Assembly (NCBI GenBank): GCA_004764695.1
Contig: SMSO01000034.1
Coordinates: 2,604,001-2,668,000, forward strand
Direction of reading: 5' to 3'
From: Schizochytrium sp. TIO01
Lineage: Eukaryota > Protista > Bigyra: Labyrinthulomycetes
Length of the DNA: 64,000 bases
The notes beneath the pieces are model-generated. The model was given only the letters and a program-made list of their open reading frames with translations. It was not told the origin of the DNA and did not search any database. Below are positions 13,001-21,254 of the stretch, in pieces (positions within the stretch are counted from its first letter, which is position 1; each line of letters starts with the position of its first letter). A program made the position numbers and the translations under genes.

Positions 13001-13234
13001 GTAGTCACTTGCCTAGTCCTTTTCCTAGTAAAAGAAGATACAGTGTCTGCTATATTTAGCTCTGCAACATGGATTTTCCTGAACACCACCACAACTTTGT
13101 GCTTCATTTTTACCCCCAAGATGTATTTTAGTTATTATAGTACTCCAACCTCCACTTCAGTCGATGTTTCGGAATCTGGGAAACGGACTACATTGCGTTC
13201 TTACAAAGGTTCGTATATTGAATCTGTTCATTAG
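10076..13234 (+). CDS. Class C-like GPCR: signal peptide, four Cache-like repeats, EGF-like stalk, 7tm_3 domain
   Basis: 1052-aa ORF (start may be the second Met, 10118). GABA-B-like 7TM motifs: ASQPFLLYFIIVGAFL, CMTQSWFWGLGFMFMFCSMFIK, LLATWSIKAPL, YGVFLGLKCRNVNGLYDEVKY, FIFTPK. The ectodomain has four repeats, each starting C-x7-C-x3-N. Cys-rich CNSDNDCPENSFC...CACGFYY lies before TM1. Confidence 0.9.
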   Translation: MTLLQSGYNWTSRNMRSILAVVLLVAQVSVSEVGARPVRLLDDGTASIFPACSASYSTQCAFVNAYRLVESLSSTLSQSTDVDTVLEQVSNKTYNGEDALHFAPYILETTNMTCVANGRNSSFNGKTMAEIAKTFMSVNTLQTGLEEEIRKAVNESEDGWFKLFLSSEDRPNEPISHYGYAKKILVNATQDEYIILAALAKRSLPRIDTVTCPNGVNRLCSITNARALIGDALSRAMDVTTEEELMEVWTDIAYPTDTSLADGRWYVFALERLTPQTIVGHINLNYIGMAYYTLIKSLQPHLNEEEVLEQELLFEVAGENGGTWLAYNFSLGSEAVLPKVSYIAGFQRFGVEYILGTGFNHLRDPEVKAAFCTQCEANNNAPCAIGNTQSLVAHAEVGFLINVSKSEAVERLHSGSEYKMAGNFGIVLVRYDGNLEADSLLTSSTSLNESLAARYIDEDETDLIHELLKDKANQGGGWIKLPGSPSHPDFVALVRKISKYNEAYYLFTGYADQHPSVTSNCSSHFDDKCAEENTKAVVGQIVTAIQLTTSDAEFQTILDDINSGVNGTLTLPPDFYGILLNEEYEMIAFGGEEERGDWNASIIESYLKFVQQRQYVTSLGNEFPDLLHVAAYEVGGSYLEVEWNRSSDDSSEIRHIFTQVATRTSDSGIDQTYYVLSMFIANPEPAQCNSDNDCPENSFCVLDDHDHDEEHGLYRCACGFYYKAVFAKEVSECTESPVNIYSMTCEIDSSKFKFSRINAFARFLAALCILLAVLCLVWTTRSIRSPILVASQPFLLYFIIVGAFLSSISIILISIDDYGTVSAGSTGLSEKANMACMTQSWFWGLGFMFMFCSMFIKIRRASRIVKGTQRNLRRIKGISLKNALSSMAVLFSIEIILLATWSIKAPLKLVRFENNPNNASCEHPDASFYFALIFLYHSALMIYGVFLGLKCRNVNGLYDEVKYLNLGMQSYLQVNVVTCLVLFLVKEDTVSAIFSSATWIFLNTTTTLCFIFTPKMYFSYYSTPTSTSVDVSESGKRTTLRSYKGSYIESVH

Positions 13235-13563
13235 TAAGTGTCTAATGCGCTGTATTTTACATTGTGGTATATCTTAATAAAGAATCAGGCCACTCGTAAA
13301 AGTATTTTGTTTACCCAAGGCTACGTAGCATGCTTCTTTTTCTAATATTGTTGTGTTCTAAGACAGAGAAGCGTGAAGACGAGAAACACAGAACGCATGA
13401 AACTTGGCATATCTTTTCTTACCTGTTCCTCTTTAGTACTTGAAAATAACCATTTAATCTTAGAAGGAGCTAAAAACTGAAATGTCTGAAATTAATTTGA
13501 TCTTTAAAACTCTTGAATATTACTAGGGTACTCTTGAAGACACATTATAATAATTCAGGATGC

Positions 13564-15633
13564 TTAAATTGACTCAAAGTCGTTTCGAAAACTTTTCTCT
13601 TTTGCCGACGCTGCTGCAATTTTCCGAGTGTCAGCTGTACTTGTTTGCATGGCCTTAGAGTCCTTGTTAAGTTCGAGAGAATGTTCATCTTCTTCACCAA
13701 GCCTCTTGAGATAGGCAATGTTTTGAGCCTTGCGATCCTTGATACGCACGCTTGTGGCATAACCTAGAAGTCCTGCGTAGACGACGGCTCCTTGCAAAAC
13801 CGCGCCAAGCGCTAATTGTACGAGCATTGTTGTAAACCAGTTATGCTTAGGCTTAGGCGTTCCTTTTTTAGGCCCAGAAACAAAATCGCCGTCCAGGGTC
13901 TCGAAGTATAAGCGTTCAATGTATTCTTCTGCCTTGCGGTAAGCACCAGGTCCGACCAAACGGTACTGAAAGGAATTGACAGCAAGGGAGGTACCACCAA
14001 AATACCAGTGCCAAATTGCCGTCGGCCGCTCAATTAAGAGCCTTCCGAGAGAGGGCAAGTTATTCATGTCAGCATAAAGCTCGTCGTAGTACAATGTACC
14101 AATTCCATGCTGGGTCTTAAGTTGCTCACGATCAATGTACTGTGCAGCAAGGGCCATGCGAGTGTCGATCATGTCCTGAGTCATCACTTCTGGGCTTGGA
14201 AGCTTAATTTCTCCTTGTAGTATCCGTCCATAGTAATGACTTTGAACTTCGGCTCCCATAAACGTTGCTGTTTGAATAAAGTTGATAAAAGCGATAGGTG
14301 TATAAGGGTCATCAGCAGTTTGGGGAATGGCCAAGAATCCTTTGTACAATGGAACGTCGGTACCTTCGCGACCAAAGCGCATGTCGGCGGTACATTTGGG
14401 GTCGACGAATCCGGCTGATGAGCGAAAGCCAGTACAAAAGATGACAACATCAGCCTCGATCTTTTCCTCTTCGCCATTTACCCCCCCAAGTACAACACAG
14501 GAAACCCCATTTCCGTCAGTTTCGAATCGCTTCAGAGACTTGTGTACTTTAATCTTGCCTGCCTCTAGCTGTTCATGGATTGTAGGCCCGAACATACCAG
14601 TGACAAGCTCGTGTTGTTGATGCATACGATGCTTTGGTTTAAGCCCATGCTTGTTGATGATGGCTTGGTCTTCAGCATTTGCTCTTTCGCGTACTTCAGC
14701 CAGCCACCACCAGGGAATTCGAAAGAAAGAGTCAATGTAAGACCGACCGGCTCCTGCAATGCTTAAATTTTCCTCTCCTGGCATAGTCTTTGAGAGCCAG
14801 AGGCCCGAACGACTCACCCAGTGGGTTTCACCAGCATTTTCGCTGGACTCGGTAACGATGTCTAATCCCGAATTGCCAACACCGACAACAATAACCTTGG
14901 AGTTCTTATCGATACCATGCTTCGTAGGATATTTATACATGCTGCTATGGAGTGTCTTTATGGGGGTCTCATCCAAGCCTGGAAAGTGAGGAATGTATCC
15001 CGCAGCACCATGCCGACCAGTGCAAATAAGCACGCCATCAAAAAAATCTTCATATTTTTCTCCAGTGACAACGTCCCGAGATTGGACACTCCACAAACCT
15101 GGTGTAGAAGACTTGGTAATCCATTCAACCTCACGACCAAACGTAATGTACTTGTTGAGTTGAAACTCCTTTACATTAGCTTCGAGGTACTCCACAAGCT
15201 GGGTATTATGCGTAAAAACTGGAGAACCCTTGGGATACGGCATGTCACCATAAGAATTAATGTCACGTGGGGTATCAATATACACTGATTTGTACACGGA
15301 AGGTGCATTCTCATCCTCTTTGTACCGCCAAAATCCCGCGACATCGTCTCCCTTTTCATAACAGACAACTTCAAGGCCTTCTTCGAGACAACTCTTGATC
15401 GCACCAATACCAGTGATGCCAGTACCAACAACAAGACAGCGCTTTACAGGGACTCCTGTCTTATCCGCCTTAGCCTTTGACTCAGATTGTTTTTGTGCAA
15501 TTAGCTCATGCGGGTCTTCAGGTAGCTTGTGTGCTGCACTGATGAGCTTTTGCAACACCTTGAGTGCTATTAGGGCACCGGCAGTACCCACAACTCGCCG
15601 CGCCCATTTACTTTTCAGTAAACTGTCTTGCAT
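13564..15633 (-). CDS. Flavin-containing monooxygenase (FMO family, class B)
   Basis: FAD-binding VVGTGITG, FMO fingerprint FPGxxxxxxxxxHSSMYK, NADPH-binding VVGVGNSG, DVVIFCTGF, and FQYRLVGPG as in animal FMOs. First ATG at 15633; the ORF track extends to a TTG at 15669. Confidence 0.93.
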   Translation of the reverse strand: MQDSLLKSKWARRVVGTAGALIALKVLQKLISAAHKLPEDPHELIAQKQSESKAKADKTGVPVKRCLVVGTGITGIGAIKSCLEEGLEVVCYEKGDDVAGFWRYKEDENAPSVYKSVYIDTPRDINSYGDMPYPKGSPVFTHNTQLVEYLEANVKEFQLNKYITFGREVEWITKSSTPGLWSVQSRDVVTGEKYEDFFDGVLICTGRHGAAGYIPHFPGLDETPIKTLHSSMYKYPTKHGIDKNSKVIVVGVGNSGLDIVTESSENAGETHWVSRSGLWLSKTMPGEENLSIAGAGRSYIDSFFRIPWWWLAEVRERANAEDQAIINKHGLKPKHRMHQQHELVTGMFGPTIHEQLEAGKIKVHKSLKRFETDGNGVSCVVLGGVNGEEEKIEADVVIFCTGFRSSAGFVDPKCTADMRFGREGTDVPLYKGFLAIPQTADDPYTPIAFINFIQTATFMGAEVQSHYYGRILQGEIKLPSPEVMTQDMIDTRMALAAQYIDREQLKTQHGIGTLYYDELYADMNNLPSLGRLLIERPTAIWHWYFGGTSLAVNSFQYRLVGPGAYRKAEEYIERLYFETLDGDFVSGPKKGTPKPKHNWFTTMLVQLALGAVLQGAVVYAGLLGYATSVRIKDRKAQNIAYLKRLGEEDEHSLELNKDSKAMQTSTADTRKIAAASAKEKSFRNDFESI

Positions 15634-16669
15634 CGTGTCCTGTTTTCTTGCTCGCGTTTCGCCCGTCAATCGGGTATGCCTTTTGTAGGTGGCAGGATTA
15701 ATTCAGGGTTTGCTGATTTTATCTCCTCCCGCTGCTCATCACGATATAATTTAGCTTGTCTCAGGATGCTTCGTGGCACTACGTATTACTCTTTTACTAT
15801 GTTTCGTTTCATCAACATTGATTTCTTGTCGGTCCGTCTGTTAGGTCCATTTGTCTACGTCAGATTTCTTTATTATTATTCTCCTGACATACGCTTATTA
15901 CTATACAAATATAAATATATCGTAGGCCGTCTTCCTTGCTTCGACTTGGTTCCCAGGGAAGGCGTATCTTGCATCCGCACACAGTGCAAATGTGTCGGTC
16001 TTCTCTGACCATCGGACCACTAAAATATATATCATCTCGTAGGGCCCAAAGGAACGACAATATCTTCATTTGCTCATACCAGTGAGCTGGCCGCAACTCT
16101 GTGTCAAGAGTCTAGCTGACCAACTCCTCCACGCCAATCTAAAGCTGATGAATAAGTGAGCAAAGACACTAAGTGCCGGTACCTATTTCGTTTAATTGCT
16201 CACTTCTTTGTCACTAGTGTTTATTTAAGAAGCAGTATGTTGTCTCTTTCTTTCAGTTTGACACACGTTTGCGTCAAGGTTTGCGCAGCGAGGACACAAC
16301 TATCTATTTGTCGCACTTACAGCCCGAAGAGGAATCGATGTCAAGATGTAGGAGCTCAGCTTCGCTAAAAGCACTATGGAATATTATTCTTATTTCCCAT
16401 CTGCAGAAAATCCTTCTGTCCGCTACGTGTCGATCTAGATCATCATTATTTCTTCGTTGCGGACGGAGGTCGCGTGTTAACATCTGGGATCAAGGATTAA
16501 CATAGCTCGACGAAACGTCCGTTTTTCCTAATAATGCGGCGCAGTGGTTGCGAAGATCCACCGCGACCCTCAAATGCTTGGTAAAAAATAAGAATATCTT
16601 CAAAAGGTAAGGTTGGAGTTAAACTAAACATAAGATCATGGAATTAAGAATCAATACAATACTATAGTA

Positions 16670-18733
16670 CTAGGGAGCGGCTTCTTGTAGAGAGGCGACA
16701 AGAGCCTGAACTTGCTCCAGCTTGCGATATTTAAGAGGCTGGACCTTGAGATTAAAGAGCCAATGCGTAACATTCATAACGTCGATGGGGAGGACGCCAA
16801 GCGTGTCAAGGCAGACCCAGCCGCGGACATCAAAAAATGCAAGGATGTCCATGAATCCAAGGCTACGATAACGCAGGGGTGGAAAACGATTCTCATAGCT
16901 AATAGGGATACAAACCTTGCCATACCGCTGGGCATTGACAATTTCTACCCAGAAAGGGATTTCATGGAATGAATCCTCCGTGAGCAACAAAATAAAGATA
17001 TCGTGGTCCTCTATCATGTCGCGCATATCATCAAGCTCAAATTCTGATGATATATCAGTTTTGATGGTGTAACGTTCGCCAAGTTTGCGCCCAAGCGTAC
17101 GTTTAAGCCACTCAACGAAAGTGCTAGCCTCGCTCCCTGGTTGACGGCAAGATATAACAATGCTGTATTCCTTTGGAGGCTCCTCCTCCGCAGGTGGTTC
17201 TTCTTCTGCTTCTTGTTCGCCGGCCAAAGTAGCGGATACTGTTTCCCACATATAGGTGTACGCACTCGAGAAAACTCTGCCAACGAAATCATACATCATA
17301 GCAGCGGGTGTAGCTGGGGTTTCCTCTGCTGCCTCGCTGCCAGGAATTGCAACTGCAGTTTCTTCGTCTGGTTGTGCAGGTGCAAACGTTTCATGAAACC
17401 GTTCGCAAAGACCTTTCTCAGGAGCAGGTTCTTCAGGAGCAGGTTCTTCTTCTTCCTCCTTCTCGGGAAATGTAAAATCTACAAGACTTATAGGTGCCTC
17501 ACAATGAACGGTCTCTGTAAGGACTCCATTGTCAAAGGTTAAGTCCGCAATTACACAGTTTTTAGAAATGAGAAAACCTTTACCATGTGGAAGACCGTTC
17601 TCAAAATCGCAAATCATAACCGGTCGAGCAGCATTAGAAGCCACAATGAGTCCACGCCCGTGAAATTTCCCCCGCATAAAGGTACCAATATATGACAGCG
17701 TCTCAAATTCTGATTGAAGCCGAGGCAGTACAGCAATGTCAAACCAAACTGCATTGCGATCCTTAAAGTTTGGCACAGGCCAAAGCGCTTCAGCTACAAG
17801 GTCTTCTGGGAAAAGGCGCAAAAGATCATGTTTTTGGACAATTTCATTAAACAGGTTTTGCTGCTCTTTAAAGAGTGGTGCTCGGCGGGTAAAATCTTCA
17901 GCCATGAATTGACCCAGTTTGCGCTGCCGAGCGCCAGTATCCAGTTTACGCTGAATAAGCGTACGCGAGGATGCACCCAGTTGGTGCAAGAGCGCACTTG
18001 ATGCAAGCATACTGTGCGGTTGGTATGGCATAATAATGCCTCTGTAAATCGCTCCTGCTGAGCGCACTGCCGGGATGTACTCAACGCCGCAAGCGTCTAC
18101 ATTCACATCTCGGGGGCCATTGATGATTGCCATTTGCACACCATGGATAAGAGCGCCAATATAGTTGCCCATAAGGACTGAAGCTGCATCGAGCTGATTA
18201 CCGAGTGGCACGCCCCCTCGCAACGATCCTGAGGGAGTGGTGAACTTTTTCAGGGCACGCATTGATACGTCGTTAGCTACGGGTGCCCATAAAGACCCAT
18301 GATAGCTTTCTACAAGGCAGTTCACGGCATTCGGGATCCTGAGTCTCTTTTTGCCTCTTTGAGCGCCAAGCGAGACGACTTGGAGTTCTTCTTCAACCCT
18401 CCGCAGGGGTACGGGGTCTCCATCATCGTTTCCGGCTTTCCAGCTGGGCTGAAAGGCAATTCTGGTAAGTACCATGCGCGAGTCTGCATCAAGAAATTGC
18501 TCATGCGAAGGCCATCTCATTACCTCCCGCGTCATTGTGGATGTAGATGGTGGTGTTGAAGAAGACAAAACTGCCTCTGGGAGCTCCTCGAGACCCTCTT
18601 CGTCAGTGTCTTCGTCTGTCCCTGAAACGTCTTCTCTGTTTGTTCTGCCGATGCTGCAATTGCAACACGCCAGCTGCCGCAATGCTCCTTTCCTCGGCGG
18701 GCGCTCGTCTTGAATAGCAGGCCACGTCTCCAT
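16670..18733 (-). CDS. 687-aa protein with MORN repeats and a C-terminal TIR (TIR_2-like) domain
   Basis: MORN-like YIGTFMRGKFHGRG and CDFENGLPHGKG. TIR pattern YSIVISCRQ...FVEWLKRTL...KTDIS...MIEDHDIFILLLTEDSF...FWVEIVNAQRYGKVCIPI. Confidence 0.85.
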   Translation of the reverse strand: METWPAIQDERPPRKGALRQLACCNCSIGRTNREDVSGTDEDTDEEGLEELPEAVLSSSTPPSTSTMTREVMRWPSHEQFLDADSRMVLTRIAFQPSWKAGNDDGDPVPLRRVEEELQVVSLGAQRGKKRLRIPNAVNCLVESYHGSLWAPVANDVSMRALKKFTTPSGSLRGGVPLGNQLDAASVLMGNYIGALIHGVQMAIINGPRDVNVDACGVEYIPAVRSAGAIYRGIIMPYQPHSMLASSALLHQLGASSRTLIQRKLDTGARQRKLGQFMAEDFTRRAPLFKEQQNLFNEIVQKHDLLRLFPEDLVAEALWPVPNFKDRNAVWFDIAVLPRLQSEFETLSYIGTFMRGKFHGRGLIVASNAARPVMICDFENGLPHGKGFLISKNCVIADLTFDNGVLTETVHCEAPISLVDFTFPEKEEEEEPAPEEPAPEKGLCERFHETFAPAQPDEETAVAIPGSEAAEETPATPAAMMYDFVGRVFSSAYTYMWETVSATLAGEQEAEEEPPAEEEPPKEYSIVISCRQPGSEASTFVEWLKRTLGRKLGERYTIKTDISSEFELDDMRDMIEDHDIFILLLTEDSFHEIPFWVEIVNAQRYGKVCIPISYENRFPPLRYRSLGFMDILAFFDVRGWVCLDTLGVLPIDVMNVTHWLFNLKVQPLKYRKLEQVQALVASLQEAAP

Positions 18734-18856
18734 TGCCGTTCTGCTGTTCCGGTGGATATGACAAGTTTAATCAATCGATTTTGGAAACACTGCGGCACTT
18801 TTTGGAGGGTATAAAGAAAAAGAGAAAATGAAAAACTAGCAAGAGCACCTTTGCAG

Positions 18857-18882
18857 TAAATAAATAAATAAATAAATAAATA
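18857..18882. repeat. (TAAA)6 microsatellite
   Basis: Read directly from the sequence. Confidence 0.9.
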
Positions 18883-19206
18883 GAGGCCTTCTAAAGTCAT
18901 GCCTCAAAGAGCATGAGTGAAGTACGCCTGCCAATCTTTTCCCCAGGCGTTCCTTACCCTGTCACCAGATTCTACCGCCCAATTCATTTTAATAGGTACT
19001 CTTTGAAGGTGACTGACTCCCTTCGCAGCGCCGTTCTCGGTTCTGCAAGTGTTCCTCTTGATGGGTTTGTATCTCACTTGCGGAGCATCGGAACTATAGT
19101 CCCTTTAGCATTTACCTTATATTTGTCTTTTCAGAGTACAAGGTAAAACTTTTAGTTACTTGCTGTGGATATTTAGATACTAATTTAACATGGTGACTAT
19201 TTTCAC

Positions 19207-19535
19207 GTGCCGACCGTTGGTTCTCCACTCAAGTATGACCGACGCCGCGTGTCTTTCGCTCAGTCAAGCCCAAAATCTAAGATCGAAAGCGATTACCCGA
19301 CCCTGAAGAAGGTATTCGGCAGGATGCGCAATACGGTCCTTTCCAGTGCTCCTGCGGAGACGTTGCAGCGCCATGTAGTAACTGGGATCATAGCACCAGG
19401 GTAGTACTCTGCTCAGCCTGAATGAGGTCTCATATTCTCTTGTTATCAACTGCGGTTCACGTCCAAAGGCTGCTACCAGTGTACTATGGCACAACACGTG
19501 CGCCAGTGACTTTCTGGTATATCAGGGGCTACTAC
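19207..19535 (+). pseudogene. Possible disrupted 5' part (REase-like) of the downstream kinase gene
   Basis: Frameshift-joined reading AETLQRHVVTGIIAP / STLLSLNEV...CASDFLVYQGLLLV ends at a GT. It resembles the helix and (P)DF start of Crinkler REase domains. Confidence 0.25.
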
Positions 19536-20285
19536 TGGTTGGTCAGTTTACTTCGTATCTTAATGAGATTTAAGTAATCGAGCGGCGTGGTTTATTTTCG
19601 CAATCAAACGAACCTCGATTCGAGTCAGGTAGTAGACTTCTTGACTTCGGGATGCGACAAAGCTCGATACTTCAGTGTTTGCTTCATTTTTAAAGGTTCA
19701 AATAACCTGAAACCTGCAAAAATAGACTGCTACTGAGGCTGCTTTAGTCCAATGAGTACGCACCTTCATGTGAGGATCCCAATCATATTCAAGTACCACT
19801 ACTTGGGAAACAGACTTGCATGTGTATTTACAACTGACTTTGAGAATTTATGAGCACTGACTTTAGGAAATTTCTGAGAATGCTTTAATCCAGACTTATT
19901 GAATATTGCCTCTTATGAGAATCAGACCATTATATAAATTTGGTATAAAGGCGTCTTTGTCAATAATGACCGGGACGTATACAATATTATCTTAGCGATG
20001 ATATTCATGATGACTTTAGATTATGCGTATCATAGGCTCAACCCATTATCTGTATCTGCTAAGTACAGTAAATAATTCACGCTTCGAATATTCGAATCAA
20101 TCTGAATTCCAACACATACATTTTGTTTGCATTCTATTCTATTTGAATAGTGTAGTTAGCACCTTTTAAGTTGAAAGCCCTTTTGCAGAACGCGACAAGT
20201 TTAGCACTGTCTAGTTCGGGGGTAATCAATGATCATATGTATTTCTTTTTAAAATACAATGCTGACATACTTGAACTAAAAGTAC

Positions 20286-21254
20286 ATGGTTAGGGATAAT
20301 CTTTTGGTTGGTATTTACACGAACTATCTGCACACTCACGTCTTCATTAGAGACTGGCAGGGACATCTGCTTATCACAGAGCCTATTTTATGGGATAATG
20401 AGGGCGATATTGATCGGGGAAATATCAGTACGTTGCAGCTTGTTGCACTCGCTATTCTTCTCGCTGCTGATAAAAATGATATGAACTTCGATGCTTATGG
20501 GCATCCTATGATGGTTCGCTGCAATTCTACTGAACAGTTTACTATCAAAAGCCTACCACGTGAATGTGCTAGCAGTCTGGACCTAAAGAGGCCGAAACGG
20601 GGGTGTTTGCCAAATGGATCACCACCTTTGCCACGAAATAAATCACCACCTTCGACACTAAATAAGTATGGTGCAAAATATACAAAGGATGGTGAAGCGG
20701 TCCAACTAACCAAGCTACTCAAGGCTGGGTACACCGCGCTTCTACCCGGTCGCACAGGGTCAGTATTTCGTTTGAACTTCCCCGAACTAGGAGGTGAAAA
20801 GAGCGACAACGTGGTGAAGATATTGGACATTGTTAAGCAAGCAGATCAGATGGACGATATTGACAATGAAGCTGAAATTTATGAGCTATTAGAACCGCTA
20901 CAAGGAATACACATCCCAGAGTTTATCGATTGTGGCAGTTTCGATGAAGGATTTCTTTACGGCCTCGGAACAACGTATTTTGGTGAACCTTTAACACCTG
21001 AAGACATCACCGATGACTTTGTGGAAAAGGCAGTGAATGCTCTCGGTGAAATTCACTCCCATGGTGTACTGCATGGTGATGTGACGATCCGCAATATCCT
21101 ATATAACAAGAAAACTCAAAGGCCTGTCATCATCGACTTCGGCATGGCCGTTGCCAAGTCGAGAGTTACTGAGGAAGGCTTTGCCCTAAGCGCTGATGAA
21201 GAGATTAATGAACTTCGACGTGCGTTGGAGCTAGAAAGAAGCCGAAAAAACTAA
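20286..21254 (+). CDS. Crinkler/fungal-type atypical protein kinase; probably the 3' exon or a 5'-truncated REase-kinase gene
   Basis: Kinase motifs GRTGSVF, VVK, NEAEIYELLEPLQGIHIP, LHGDVTIRNIL, IIDFG. The N-terminal YMVRDNLLVGIYTNYLHTHVFIR resembles the C-terminal strands of CRN REase domains. Confidence 0.8.
   Translation: MVRDNLLVGIYTNYLHTHVFIRDWQGHLLITEPILWDNEGDIDRGNISTLQLVALAILLAADKNDMNFDAYGHPMMVRCNSTEQFTIKSLPRECASSLDLKRPKRGCLPNGSPPLPRNKSPPSTLNKYGAKYTKDGEAVQLTKLLKAGYTALLPGRTGSVFRLNFPELGGEKSDNVVKILDIVKQADQMDDIDNEAEIYELLEPLQGIHIPEFIDCGSFDEGFLYGLGTTYFGEPLTPEDITDDFVEKAVNALGEIHSHGVLHGDVTIRNILYNKKTQRPVIIDFGMAVAKSRVTEEGFALSADEEINELRRALELERSRKN

Noticed and set aside
10354-18713. Numerous short antisense or alternative-frame ORFs inside the large genes
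   Set aside because: Shadow ORFs of real coding sequence.
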